Part shown: positions 12,874-24,966 of the stretch, one piece after another
How positions within the stretch are numbered: the stretch's first letter is position 1
How the letters are laid out: every line of letters starts with the position of its first letter
Source of the DNA: Octopus vulgaris
Taxonomy: Eukaryota
Length of the DNA: 64,000 nt
Assembly: GCA_951406725.2 (NCBI GenBank)
Contig: OX597831.1
Location: 9,920,001-9,984,000, forward strand
Reading direction: 5' to 3'
Made by a program: the position numbers and the translations under genes
The notes under the pieces: model-generated
Seen by the model: the letters and a program-made list of their open reading frames with translations, nothing else
The model's database searches: none
Told to the model about the DNA's origin: nothing

Positions 12874-13106
12874 ACAATTGCAGCGTGGAAGGTGTTTATA
12901 AGCCATTTAAGAAACACACAAAACCGTTAGATTCACTTCAACATTTAAGTTTAATTTGTCAAAATATTTTCGTCGCTTTGAGACCTCGACCTGTTCACTA
13001 ACAAAACTTCGTGCTAAGTTTTGTCAGTGAACAGGTCGCTGCAATTATTTTCGTTCCAGCGCACGATCTCAGATCAAGTCACTCGCTATGCAAGTACATC
13101 TCCGTA
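12874..13106. mobile_element. Rearranged inverted-repeat element (family G), Penelope pLTR-like
   Basis: Homologous to 27655-27940, with the same termini (ACAATTGCAGCGTGGAAGG ... TACATCTCCGTAA). Internal fold-back 12986-13008 / 13016-13038. Confidence 0.8.
12956..13004 (-). ncRNA. Type I hammerhead-like motif with G3:C8 core
   Basis: Minus strand reads TTGTTA GTGAACA G GTCGA ggtctcaaa GCGAC GAA AATATT T TGACAA. Confidence 0.65.
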
Positions 13107-13168
13107 ATTTTTGCTGAACGTTTTCTTTAAAGTTATCAAATACATATGCTGCACGTTAGCTCACTCAC

Positions 13169-13276
13169 TTCATTAACTCGACTTTGCCCGAATAGGTGCT
13201 GTGATCCCACAGCAATATCAGATGATGTGTTTTCATCAAGAGCAAAACGCAGATTAGCAGCTTCTCGCCAGCGATG
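13169..13276 (-). CDS. Candidate internal exon 4 of the putative minus-strand gene (IAGEKLLICVLLLMKTHHLILLWDHSTYSGKVELM)
   Basis: Strong acceptor ttttttctcttgcgcag and donor AA|gtgagt. 108 nt, open in phase 2 to 2 (also open in phase 0), and more GC-rich than the window average. Confidence 0.6.
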
Positions 13277-13344
13277 CTGCGCAAGAGAAAAAATCAAAGG
13301 TCAGTAAATTTTGGCACCGTTCGCCTTGCAACTCTTTCGCACAG

Positions 13345-13462
13345 CCGAGTGAAATGGAACCAAGTCAAGTAAAGTAACTTGCTCAAGAATACGACACAGC
13401 CGGGAACGGGAATCGAACTCACAACATCATAATCGTAAGCCCGTCCCACTGGTCACTGAGGC
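13345..13462 (-). mobile_element. Degenerate tRNA/CORE-like SINE head
   Basis: B-box-like GAGTTCGATTCC on the minus strand, followed by TTCTTGAGCAAGTTACTTTACTT (CORE-like). Similar to 43509-43735. Confidence 0.55.
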
Positions 13463-13564
13463 AATCGTGTATATATAAGGCTATATAGGCATATACATGT
13501 ATCTATATGTATGTGTATATGTATATCTATCTAGACAAACTTACCTACCTATATATACACACAA

Positions 13565-13634
<70 letters not shown>

Positions 13635-14089
13635 GTGTATGTATACGCATACACACATATATCATCATTATTTTCCTCGTCATCGACATTATCAGAATTG
13701 CTTAGCACTGGCGTTTAACCAATGAGAAATCAGGGACATAAAGCGCATGCGTAAGTTTATATTACTGTTTCAAAAACAAACAAAAAAAAAAACTTGTAAA
13801 TAGTAGCAACTAATATAAGTGATTTAAGCCAGAAGCTATGATCGGACTTTTTTTTTTTTCTTTCAAATAATTATGACATAATGAGGAGAGAAACATTAAA
13901 ATTCTTGGCGAAACATAAAATACTCATAAGAAAATCTGAAAACCTAGTAATAAAAATAAGTTTAAACTGTAACACTCTGGTGCTACGTTGTAAATAGTAA
14001 ACATTCTCACACGCACGTAGACTTATTAGACATATGGCGGATTTTAGTATATTAACAGACAACAATCTCGGTTTCCCTTCTATGTAGGT

Positions 14090-14154
14090 ATATATACTTA
14101 CATACATACATACATGTATATGTATGCATATATACATATATATATGTATATGTA

Positions 14155-14192
<38 letters not shown>

Positions 14193-14544
14193 TGTACATA
14201 TACATACATATACACACATATATATATATATATATACATACATACATATACATATATACATACACATATATACATACACACATGTGCATGTTATATACAT
14301 ACATATACATATATACATATACACATACATATACATACATATATACATACACATATGTACATACATATACATACATGGATATACATATATACATACATAT
14401 ACATACATGCATATACATATATACATACATATACATACATGCATATACATATATACATACATACATACACATACATATATACATACATTTATGTATATAT
14501 ACATTTATACATGCATATATATATATACATACATATATACATAC

Positions 14545-14601
<57 letters not shown>

Positions 14602-14660
14602 TATAGATATACATATAAATGTATATATATATGTGTGTATATATCAGAGAGATACATTAT
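14090..14660. repeat. Compound (TA)/(TACA)/(GA) low-complexity tract
   Basis: Degenerate AT/AC/AG simple repeats. They explain the overlapping Y/I/H/T/V/C/M ORFs. Confidence 0.95.
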
Positions 14661-15189
14661 ATATAGAGACATGGAAATGTGAGTGTATATGTCTGCAGAC
14701 ATCTGGGAATTTATGAGGCTGCGAAGTTCGTGTATATTTGTTTTAGAAATTGAAAACAAAATATTCACAAAGGTATTTTAGTGTGGGAATGTTGAGTTGA
14801 TCTGAAAGTTGTCTTATAGTCGCATTTGTTTTATATTTAAACTTTTTTTTCATAATATTCAATCTATCTTAGTGATAGTTCAAAGTAGTAGTATTATGTT
14901 ACCATCCTATATACATACATCGATACATATGTTTGTATGTGTGTGTATATATGTGTATGTGTGTGTGTGTGTATGCGTGTCTTAGAATACCGGTGTGTTA
15001 CGGATTTATTTGTTTCACTACAATTGTTTTAAAGTTTTCCTAGCAGAATATCAAACATAACTTTCCCACCAGAATAATCTCTATTTCATCGACGTCGTAA
15101 TCATCATCATCATCATCAACATCATTGCCATTGTCGTCATCATCATCATCATTATCATCAACATCACCAACACCACCAGTATATTATTA

Positions 15190-15262
15190 TTACTGAGTGA
15201 GAGAGCCATACTTAACACTGACGCTGGCGTAAAATATGTGAAGCCCAATATACCCATCATGT
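15190..15262 (-). mobile_element. 3' end fragment of the (AAT)-tailed retroposon
   Basis: Reverse complement of the end of 1837-2393, adjacent to a short (ATT)n run. Confidence 0.65.
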
Positions 15263-15350
15263 AATTATGAATTTATATTTATATAGTGTATATATTTCGT
15301 TTTGGGATTTGCTTTGCAAGATTCTTTATATGTGTTCGTGTGTTGAAGCA

Positions 15351-15574
15351 TATTATGTTGTGTCTGGAGATAGTCATTTTCTTTTTGTGCCTAATAATAT
15401 AACACACTCACCGGTAAAATTTCCACCTATTTCTCCAAGACTATTAAAAAGGTTGCAAGACGCAACGAAAATTTTAGGAATATAAAAATAAGAAAAAAGT
15501 GGAAATTTTACCGGTGATTGTGTTATATTATAAGGCAGAAAAAGAAAATGACTCTCCCCAGACACAACAGAATA
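15351..15574. mobile_element. Inverted-repeat element (about 75-bp arms) with a hammerhead-like motif in the loop
   Basis: Arms 15351-15426 and 15499-15574 are reverse complements (TGTTGTGTCTGG...CACCGGTAAAATTTCCAC / GTGGAAATTTTACCGGTG...CCAGACACAACA). Confidence 0.8.
15441..15477 (+). ncRNA. Degenerate type I hammerhead-like motif, U3:A8-type core
   Basis: CTA TTAAAAA G GTTGC aagac GCAAC GAA AATT T TAG. Same spacing as the other motifs, but G5 is A in this copy. Confidence 0.45.
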
Positions 15575-15720
15575 GTGTATATATAATATATATTTTATAT
15601 ATATGTTGACTGGGTGTCTGTAGCCAGCTGGAAAACGATTTACTGGGGATAAAACAACAGTAGCATCATCCTTTATAAGACTGCCACATTCTGTTGGTAT
15701 ATAAACTTTACTATATATAT

Positions 15721-16016
15721 AATTTAATTTAAAATTTAAAATGAGGGTGAGAAATTAGATATAGATTTAATTAAGATCGATTTCACACCAGTGATCTAGC
15801 ATATAAAGAAACTAAAGGTTCAGTAAAATTGTATTATGTATATATATTAGAGGGAAACCACTATGTGGACACCCTTACGGTTTCACCCTCTAATATATAT
15901 ATAATACAATTTTACTGAACTTTCAGTTTTTTTATAGGCTAGACCACTGGTGTGAAATCGATGTTAATTAAATTAATATCTAATTTCTCACCCTCATTCA
16001 AAATTAAAATTTAAAT
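15721..16016. mobile_element. Fold-back element, about 135-bp arms with a roughly 20-bp spacer
   Basis: 15721-15859 is the imperfect reverse complement of 15879-16016 (e.g. ATGAGGGTGAGAAATTAGATAT / ATATCTAATTTCTCACCCTCAT). Confidence 0.85.
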
Positions 16017-16664
16017 CAATACGTTCTCTAACCGGCAAAGGCTGCTGCAGTAAAGTATTATCTGCAGCATCAGTTTTTCCGGAAATTATACACGCCAAAA
16101 CGAGGACATTTGAAAGAGTAGGCTCGAGTGTAATGGGTAGGACTATTTTACAAGTCTGACTTTGTGCGGACGTCCTAGTATGCAGTCCTACACATTATAT
16201 TCACCTGAACGGTCGTACCGATGATCTGCGGACAATTACGTAAGTAAGATTACGTAATTTGTTGAGAGTGAAGCATATATACGAATAATCCATATTTTTA
16301 TTACTTTTTCTTTTGTCTTGCTCGATTACGTTTTGGTTGTTTTGCTAAATTTTTCTTGAGAACATTTCTTAGTGGTGAGACCGTAGCGAATCTATTTCTA
16401 GCATAAGGGTGTATATATATATATATATATATATATAAGGTTTTGTGTAAGGAAAAGGAGGTTCTAAATTTCTCATGGAGCGTGAAGTCTCATTATGGAG
16501 TACACGGAGTTACGTGGCTCGTCGTAAGTACATGGTTGTATCTAGGAGTAGAAAGGGTGTCCGTATAAATATTAACTTTAATATTGGTGAAAGATTCGTG
16601 AATATAAATTCTTTGAAAAGAATTGAGCTTAAATATTAATCCATTATTCCATCGGCATTTTTAT

Positions 16665-16743
<79 letters not shown>

Positions 16744-17300
16744 TTCATTTTACCATTTTCCATAAATGAAAGCCATCGAGTTGTGCGCGTGCATGTGTGA
16801 CAGCGTGCGTGTACGTTCATGAGTGTGTGTTGTTTTGTAGGGAGATGTAACTTAGAAGTTACATCAGATTAAATAATTGGTGGAATATTAATAATCAAAA
16901 GACTTCCTAATATTATTAGTTTTATAATTGTAAAGATCCTGAGGGAAAATATTGTTTCTTTATTAAACGACCGCACATTCACCCTTGGAGAGGTTTATGC
17001 GGCAAATTTAATAAGCCATCACGTGATCTTCAGATCATTAAAGTGCAATAAATTCATGTAACTGTGTGTGTGTACTTGTATGTGTGTTTGTATGCTTCAA
17101 TAGCATTTTTTAGTCTGTGTTATGAAATATTTATTTAACGGATATAATTTTGATATACTAAGATCCTGATGGCAAAAATTAATCATTTAAGGAAGAGAAA
17201 GATTCGATTTCCTTGCCAATACAAATATACGCCAACGTAGGTAAAAATATACATAACCGCAAAATCAAACGGTATTTGTCAACAATATAACGTAAATATA

Positions 17301-17512
17301 TACTCTTTTACTCTTTTACTTGGTTCAGTCATTTGACTGCGGCCATGCTGGAGTACCGCCTTTAGTAGAGCAAATCGACCCCTGGACTTATTCATTGTAA
17401 GCCCAGTACTTATTGCATCGGGTTCCTTTTACCGAACTGCTAAGTTACGGGAACGTAAACACATCAGCACCGGTTGTCAAGCGATCTTGGAGGGACAAAC
17501 ACAGACACGCAA

Positions 17513-17594
<82 letters not shown>

Positions 17595-17738
17595 GACGGA
17601 CTTCTTTCAGTTTCCGTCTATCAAATCCACTCACAAGGTTTTGGTCGGCCCGAGGCCATAGTAGAAGGCATTTGCCCAAGGTGTCACAGAGTGGGACAGA
17701 ACCAGGAACCATGAGTCTCGTAGGCCACTCCCACGCCT
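17301..17738 (-). mobile_element. tRNA-derived SINE, family C (CORE-like domain, internal microsatellite)
   Basis: Reverse complement of 22309-22711, with internal (CA)n(TA)n and a (GTAAAAGA) tail. Confidence 0.88.
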
Positions 17739-18006
17739 ATATATTTCGTTTTAAAGTAAGTTTTGCTCAGTTCACTCTACCTGTAACTTCATATATCATA
17801 TGAAGTTGAAGCGCAGTTAAACTTCTTTATTCTGCAATCTTCAGCGTATTTATTTTTGCTGATGTAATATTCTATAAGTTTTTCGTAGCTATTGCCGACA
17901 AACGCAGAGACACGTGTGGATGTGTCTATACCCACGTGAGTATGTTTCAGATTGAAGCTCTACACACCACTTAGCGAATGTTTCTGTATCATAGACGATT
18001 ATAATC

Positions 18007-18235
18007 TTTATTTCTTTATTGGCCACAGCGGGCTAAACAGAGGGGAGAAACAAGGAGAGACTAAGGGATTAAGTCGAATTTGAACTCAGAACGTAGCGGC
18101 AGACGAAATACCTATTTCTTTACTACCCACAAGGAACTAAACACAGAGGACAAATAAGGACAGAAAAACAGATTAAGTCGGTTATATCGACCCTAGTGCA
18201 TAACTGGTACATATTTAATCGACCCTAAGCATTTG
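18007..18235 (-). mobile_element. Family M SINE, tandem or deleted dimer
   Basis: Two tail copies joined through AGACGAAATACCTATTTCTTTAC, the same junction as at about 29105 and 40000. Confidence 0.8.
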
Positions 18236-19112
18236 GACCTGGACATTTTATAATATTAACTCTAGATTGAAACGGTCGGTGTTGAGACAAGCCATGTCGA
18301 ACCAAGTGCATGTAGACTCGCATATGGTTTTATGTAACAAACAAGAGTTGAAGACTGTACTAACAACCATGAATCTCTTGCTCATGATTTGAGAGAATTG
18401 GTGACCTGCTGCATATATTCAAAGAGAAGAACGTTCCGAAAATACCAGACAGCAAACTAATGAATCAAATTCAAAGTACCATAATATACAACTGGCAATG
18501 CAATTGATACGGCAATAAAAGAAACGCTATTCTAGTGGGGGTTTTACAATTAGGAAAACTCAATGAGCTGCATGGCAATGGGGAACCCATCGATCAAACA
18601 CGTATAGTGCCCTGGAAGATAAGGTAGGATACTCATAACAATACCATTCTGCGGACTCTGCAATGCATCCCTTATGACTCCGAACCAAGTAGGTCTGTCA
18701 ACATTTTAGACATAATCGACATAAACAAAAGCACTCTGATAACGAACCATTGCTTTTGTGAATACAAAAATATGGTGTTGGTCGCAGCTTAGTGTACGCG
18801 CGCCGACAGAGAAGAGTAGTGGTGAGTAGAGACAGAGAAGTTGGGGTGCTACACGATATAATAATAAGGGAGAACGTTGCCCATGTATACGCACATGTAG
18901 GTGCATCGACGGAGGTGCGCATCAGTGTATGGAAGACATATGGTGTGGGTATGGTTGGCTGTGTGGGGTTGTTTGTATGGCAATGTACGCATGCGCTGAT
19001 GGCCCGTGCTAGTTGAAGGGTGCGAGAATGAGCGTCACATTATTAATCTCTCTTTGGAAACTACAGAAATAACTGAAAGTTGTTTGAAAGTGATATAAAC
19101 CTGTCAATGGAA

Positions 19113-19343
19113 GGCGGTGAGCTGGCAGAAACGTTAGCACACCGGGCGAAATGTTTAGCGGTATTGCGTCTGTCGTTGCGTTCTGAGTTCAAGTCCCGCC
19201 GAGGTCGACTTTGCCTTTCATCCTTTCGGGGTCGATAAATTAAGTACCAGTTACGCACTGGGGTCGATGTAATCGAATTAATCCGTTTGTCTGTCCTTGT
19301 TTGTCCCCTCTATGTTTAGCCCCTTGTGGGCAATAAAGAAACA
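19113..19343 (+). mobile_element. Full-length family M SINE, tail type A
   Basis: A box TGGCAGAAACGTTAG, B box GAGTTCAAGTCC, core GCCTTTCATCCTTTCGGGGTCGATAAATTAAGTACCAG. Perfect 22-bp TSD GATATAAACCTGTCAATGGAAG at 19092-19113 and 19344-19365. Confidence 0.93.
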
Positions 19344-19389
19344 GATATAAACCTGTCAATGGAAGTGAACAATATTTCATTTTTGATTA

Positions 19390-19743
19390 TTTATATATGT
19401 TTGACTTTTGCATTGTATTTGTACAAGGTGATTCCAACTCTCACGCAGAGACCTCAAGAGACAACAAGTTAGACGTTCAAGTTGGTGTTATATTTGGTTT
19501 TCCACATAGTATTGTTGAAGAGAATGCTTAAGAAAGCATAAGAAAATGATAAGTTCGTTAAATTTGAGATTACATAAACAGTATTTTACATAGAATATGG
19601 GCAGTTCCTATAAGCACTATCTTTTGAATTTCTGTCATTTTTGGTTTACCTGGTATCTGCGCTAGGTAGCAATCAATCCGTTTTACTATCATACCTAGGG
19701 CGCCTATGACAACAGGTATTATTTTAGTCTTGATGTTCTACAT
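19390..19743 (-). mobile_element. R4/Dong-like LINE 3' fragment (family 1)
   Basis: Minus-strand translation KTKIIPVVIGALGMI...EIQKIVLIGTAHILCKILFM* is the C-terminus of the restriction-enzyme-like endonuclease region, followed by a 3' UTR. Confidence 0.85.
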
Positions 19744-20078
19744 CCTCCTCATCATCATTGCCTTTGGACAACTTCTAACGTTGGAGATGCACTACGGTGT
19801 CAGCTGTTCACTGCCAGTGAACTAAGGTAACACCTTATTTTTCGAGCACCTTCCGGAGTATTCGAGCAGTCACAAGCAGTGCTGTTTTCTGCAAGCGCTC
19901 CACACATATTGCAACCCCTATTTGTTCCATGTACTTCTCAAGATTTTACACACTGTTCCCAGAGTTCAGAAGATTATTGGTACTGCTACCACCTTTTTCA
20001 TCGACCACAACTGCTTAACTTCCCAATCTAATCTGAATTAGCTATTGCTTAACCTCCGATTCAAACCTGTCATATCTA

Positions 20079-20080
<2 letters not shown>
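19744..20080 (-). mobile_element. R4/Dong-like LINE 3' fragment (family 2)
   Basis: Minus-strand translation EVKQLWSMKKVVAVPIIF*TLGTV..LEKYMEQIG...LQKTALLVTARILRKVLEK*. Short (GAT)n tail; the 5' end abuts (AAT)n. Confidence 0.82.
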
Positions 20081-20127
<47 letters not shown>

Positions 20128-20218
20128 ATTATTATTGTTATTGTTATTATTATTGTTGTTGTTGTTATTGTTATTGTTATTGTTATAGTTATTGTTATTA
20201 TTATTATTATTATTATTA

Positions 20219-20253
<35 letters not shown>

Positions 20254-20320
20254 ATTATTATTGTTATTGTTATTATTATTATTGTTGTTGTTGTTGTTAT
20301 TATTGTTATAGTTATTGTTA

Positions 20321-20362
<42 letters not shown>
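20080..20362. repeat. (ATT)/(GTT) microsatellite with higher-order duplication
   Basis: Trinucleotide tract in which a pattern of interruptions (AAT..GTT..AGT) occurs twice. Confidence 0.95.
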
Positions 20363-20365
<3 letters not shown>

Positions 20366-20797
20366 GTGACTGCATTACTATTATTGTTGTCGTTGTAGCT
20401 GCATGTGTGGAATTTTCCGTTGTTTTTGTCTTCGCTTCGGGTTTATTTTATTCTATATTTTCTCTCCATTTTGTGTATATGTGCACGGATACATAACAGT
20501 GTGTATCTCTGTTAGATCAAATATGTAAGAGAGGGTGTTGACTCCAGTTCATTCTGCCCATCGATTTTCCCTCTTTCATGTACACCTACTTAGCAATGTG
20601 TCAGCTTATATTCTCCAAAACCATTGATGTTGTGGGTAATTCGCGTAACGTGGATATATATTGAGAAATCTGTACACTATATTTTTTTGTTAACAATACT
20701 CCCAAAGTAGAGATATGAATACGCGACTTTAGCAAGCTTCTGTGTAATTTTGTCAGTTGAATTACATATACATAAATACACACACACACACATACAC

Positions 20798-20868
<71 letters not shown>

Positions 20869-21326
20869 AGGGAATATTATTCCAAACTTACAGGGACACA
20901 TTCAATTCAGAAATACTAAATCAAATTTCACAAAATATAATATTTATATAAATTAGAAAAACCACCTTTTATCAATTCAAAATGAAAAATTAAATATATA
21001 TATATATGCAAACAAATACATTCATACACACACGCATACGCACGCACACATACGCCGAAACACACATCGTCTATACATATTACTGGGTGATAATGCCAAA
21101 GTAGATATACAGTTATAAAAGAAAAACACGTACCATACTCCTTTATATTTATCAAAGAAAAAATAATAAACATAAGTTACCAAAAATCTATACTATGCTT
21201 AATGACCCCAAGAATATCAAAAGGGAAGCTTACTAATTAAATGTGCTAGCAATTTTGATCAATTAAATATCATAACATTAATGAGATACTTACTGTATAC
21301 CTAGTTTTGCACACGTTGATATGTGT

Positions 21327-21374
<48 letters not shown>

Positions 21375-21491
21375 CACGTGATCACGTGACCGACCAAACC
21401 ATCAGATGTTGTTACACATCGCTGGTCACAATGCGCTTCGCATTGTTTTAGCCTTCAAATGACGCCACCCCGCTGGCTAAGCGAGCAGGCC
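21375..21491. mobile_element. GC-richer repeat fragment embedded in (TA)n, probably a SINE tail
   Basis: Sharp boundaries against (TA)n on both sides. Contains the hairpin ACAATGCG-ctt-CGCATTGT. No second copy in the window. Confidence 0.4.
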
Positions 21492-21527
<36 letters not shown>

Positions 21528-21529
21528 CA

Positions 21530-21720
21530 GTTAATCCAAAACATGAAAACACAACAACGCAAGGTCGTGGAACAAGTATAGTGTTATTGGACGCTCAGGA
21601 AAGAAGGAGGAGTTAACGTTTCGAGCGGAGCTCTTCGTCGGAATCATAGGAAAAGGAAAGATCCAAGGAAGGGAAGACGGAGGAAAAAATCGCCAACGGT
21701 ATACACGCGGCCACATTTTG
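21530..21720 (-). mobile_element. Hammerhead-bearing short repeat related to family B
   Basis: Between (TA)n tracts. Shares the GAGC/GCTC stem, GAAACGT and downstream TTCCTGAGCG with family B. Confidence 0.65.
21611..21645 (-). ncRNA. Minimal type I hammerhead-like motif, U4C core variant
   Basis: Minus strand reads GATT CCGACGA A GAGC tcc GCTC GAA ACGT T AACT. Stem I is weak in this copy. Confidence 0.6.
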
Positions 21721-22308
21721 AATCAATGTATATATATATATGTGTGTGTGTGTGTGTCTGTGTGTGTGTGCGTGTGTGTTTATGTATGTATATCTATTTC
21801 TTCATATAAAAAAATAAATTAGGGGTTTCTTAGTAAAACATATATTGCTAAATAACAGAAATCGATAGAAAGCTATACTCGTGTGGATTAAAACACAAAT
21901 ATTATCTTAACAAATGCGTTTATGTTTCTTCATACACAACGCAGCTTACACTTGATCACGTTGTAAGAGTTAACTCAGTTTAAATATAATTTCAACTATC
22001 CGCCTACAAACTTCTCCGTTCCAATATTCAAACATGTCCGATACTTAACGTTTCTTTCCTAGTTTCATCAATTTAGAACTAAGCTGTTGCAATTTTAATT
22101 TATTTATTCTTGGTTTTATTTATCTCTTATATATTTAATATGAATCTGATCTTTTTATATTAATATTTTTCGTTTCCTTCTACACAATGTCAGTTTTGTT
22201 TAATTGCCTCATAGCGGCCATTGACCCTTAAGTCTGCCTTCGTTGCTTTAGAAGATTTCGTGTGAAATCTACTTTACATTGTAATTTATAAAACAAAAAT
22301 AAACAATA

Positions 22309-22464
22309 GGCGCAGGAGTGGCTGTGTGGTAAGTAGCTTGCTAACCAACCACATGGTTCTGGGTTCAATCTTGGGCAAGTGTCTTCTGCTATAGCCCCGG
22401 GCCGACCAATGCCTTGTGAGTGGATTTGATAGACGGGAACTGAAAGAAGCCTGTCGTATATATG

Positions 22465-22499
<35 letters not shown>

Positions 22500-22711
22500 G
22501 TGTGTCTGTGTTTGTCGCCCTAGCATTGCTTGACAACCCATGCTCGTGTGTGTTTAAGTCTCCGTCACTTAGCGGTTCGGCAAAAGAGAACGATAGAATA
22601 AGTACTGGGCTTACAAAGAATAAGTCCCGGGGTCGATTTGCTCGACTAAAGGCGGTGCTCCAGCATGGCCGCAGTCAAATGACTGAAACAAGTAAAAGAG
22701 TAAAAGAGTAA
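22309..22711 (+). mobile_element. Family C SINE, near full length
   Basis: A box TGGCTGTGTGGTAAG, B box GGTTCAATC, CORE-like TTGGGCAAGTGTCTT, internal (TA)n(TG)n, tail GTAAAAGAGTAAAAGAG. Confidence 0.9.
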
Positions 22712-22764
22712 ATAACATTAACAAACCACAACTTCAAGAATCTCCGTCGGTTATTTTTATATAT

Positions 22765-22975
22765 TTCTTTTCTACTCTAGTCACAAGGCCCGATTTTTTT
22801 TTTTTTTTTTTTTTTGGTGGGGAGGTCAGTCGATTAGATCGGCCCCAGTACGCAACAAGTACTTAATTTATCGACCCCGAAAGGATGAAATGCAAAGTTG
22901 ACCTCGGCGGAATTCGAACTCAGAACGCCAGGCATTCCGGCCGGCGTGCTAGCGTTTCTGCCTGCTCACCGACTT
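22765..22975 (-). mobile_element. Family M SINE, tail type B
   Basis: Core TTTATCGACCCCGAAAGGATGAAA and B box on the minus strand; internal poly-T expansion. Confidence 0.85.
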
Positions 22976-24639
22976 CCTTTTATATGTTTCTGAACTAAAT
23001 GTTTCTTCACTTGTTGAGTAAAAATAGCTTAAAAGCTAATGACCGACTGAATCCGAAATTCACAGCACATTTCATCTTGTATACCTACTTACTGTTAAAC
23101 TTTGTTGCTTCATTACCGTTAAACTTGCATTAAACTAATAGCCACAGATATATGTGTATGCATAAGCACGCACACACAGACATACGTACACACACACATA
23201 CACACACACGCACGTATGTTATTTAATAACAGTATGACTGGGCTTCATGCAAATTTAAGGTCACTATGTTTGTAGAACATCGGCCGTCACCATTGGTGGA
23301 TCTTTAAAAACGGGTTAGATTCGTGTTCAGAACCTACAAAACGTCAAGATGTACGTAGACCATTCAAACTGCTATTAAATAATAGACATAACCTCTAACA
23401 CTAGTGCTGAGTCCGCTTACTTTCTTGTTAACCACATATATGCATGTGCACATACACACACACACATATATATATGCATATGAATATACTGAGTAGTAAG
23501 GATAGATTCAGACACAAACAGAAAAACAGAGTAACAATGACTCAGAGGTGAACAATTGTATCGCTAACAAATCTATCTATCTATCTATCTATCTATATAT
23601 CTATCTATCTTTATATCAATCTATCTATCTATCTTTATATCTATCTATCTATCTTTCTATCTATCTATCTATCTTTATATCTATCTATCTCTATTTTTAT
23701 CTCTCTCTCTCTCTCTATCTATTTAAAAATTTGTTTTCCTCTGATGTATATTTTCATTTGCGTTTCCTGAAATCTGTGTGCTCCTTCTGCTGTGATCTGA
23801 TTATCGTTTCCATTGTGCAGCTCTCTTTGTATTAATATATTTCTATATAGCTTTATGTTGCATTGTGTTGTTGAATGTAATTCAATTTCATCATGTTATA
23901 AATGCATGCTGAACCGATGGGAGTGTGCTGTACTTTTAGGTACAATAAGAGATTAAGAAATATGAATTTTAGTACAATTAACATCACAGGCACATTTGTA
24001 AATAGCAAGACCCACACTGGCATGATACCCTAAACTTGTATGAACTAAAACTAAAGATAAAGATATCATTAATAGGATATCTCACCTCTCTTACCCGTAA
24101 ATCCTCAACTAATAACTAATACGATTCCCCACAACAATGAAGCTTACAACATTTCTGATTCCAACTTTTATACTGTCTAAAGATATGTGACAGTCCCAAG
24201 ACAGTTACATCGTATACTTACAACAAACGGCAGAAGCATTGTAGTGTACCACATAAAACCAATGGGAATATTTAGGAAAAGCATAACGTAAAACTCATAT
24301 TTTTCATAATTAAACACAGAAATACAACTCCACTGGGGAAAACAATATTCATAGAACAGTAAAATGTTGTGCTCTATACACAGGTATCTTACACTAATAG
24401 CTAATGAAAATAAACTGAAGAACTTAGGGACATACAGCCATTCATTACGTCTATAAGCTGATCAATGATGTAGATTGCTGGAGCTGTACCAATTCAGTCA
24501 TACAGATAGAGTCTATTGGATGGAATAGCTAACTCTGAGTACACAGCAGGCCGTCCAGCATTAAACAAAAGCGCCAACACATCATTATCAAGAACGATAT
24601 GAGACTAAATACTGTATTCCTCACACTTCTATGGTAATA

Positions 24640-24960
24640 ACCGTTCCTGATGGATCACAGTGTGCTATATGAAAGAAATATGAAGACAACTCACGTTTAC
24701 AAGACGGGGTAAATAGGGATGTTTAACCATGGAATCGAAAGAATCTAACTGTGAAGCAGTGTCATTGTAACATGGGAATAAAAAGGAAGGAACAAAATCG
24801 CTCCACAATATCACGAAATACCATACGACTTCTAAGAACGAGAGTTGCGGAAATCTAAAAGAATTAGCTGAAATGCACCCAGCTGGAACTGATCGAGGAA
24901 AAAAACTGAGCATCTGTAGATATAATAGCATTATATTCAATGGGGCTCCCGGAATGAAGT
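24640..24960 (+). mobile_element. Possible highly decayed RTE-like LINE 3' end
   Basis: Only faint resemblance in interrupted frames (RRGK*G, ELAEM) and in the terminal sequence to 5060-5322. Confidence 0.25.
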
Positions 24961-24966
24961 GCTTAC

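Noticed and set aside
19061-19258. Recurrent ORF MRNWYLIYRPRKDERQSRPRR (also at 28818, 40630, 51591)
   Set aside because: Antisense translation of the family M SINE core, not a gene family.
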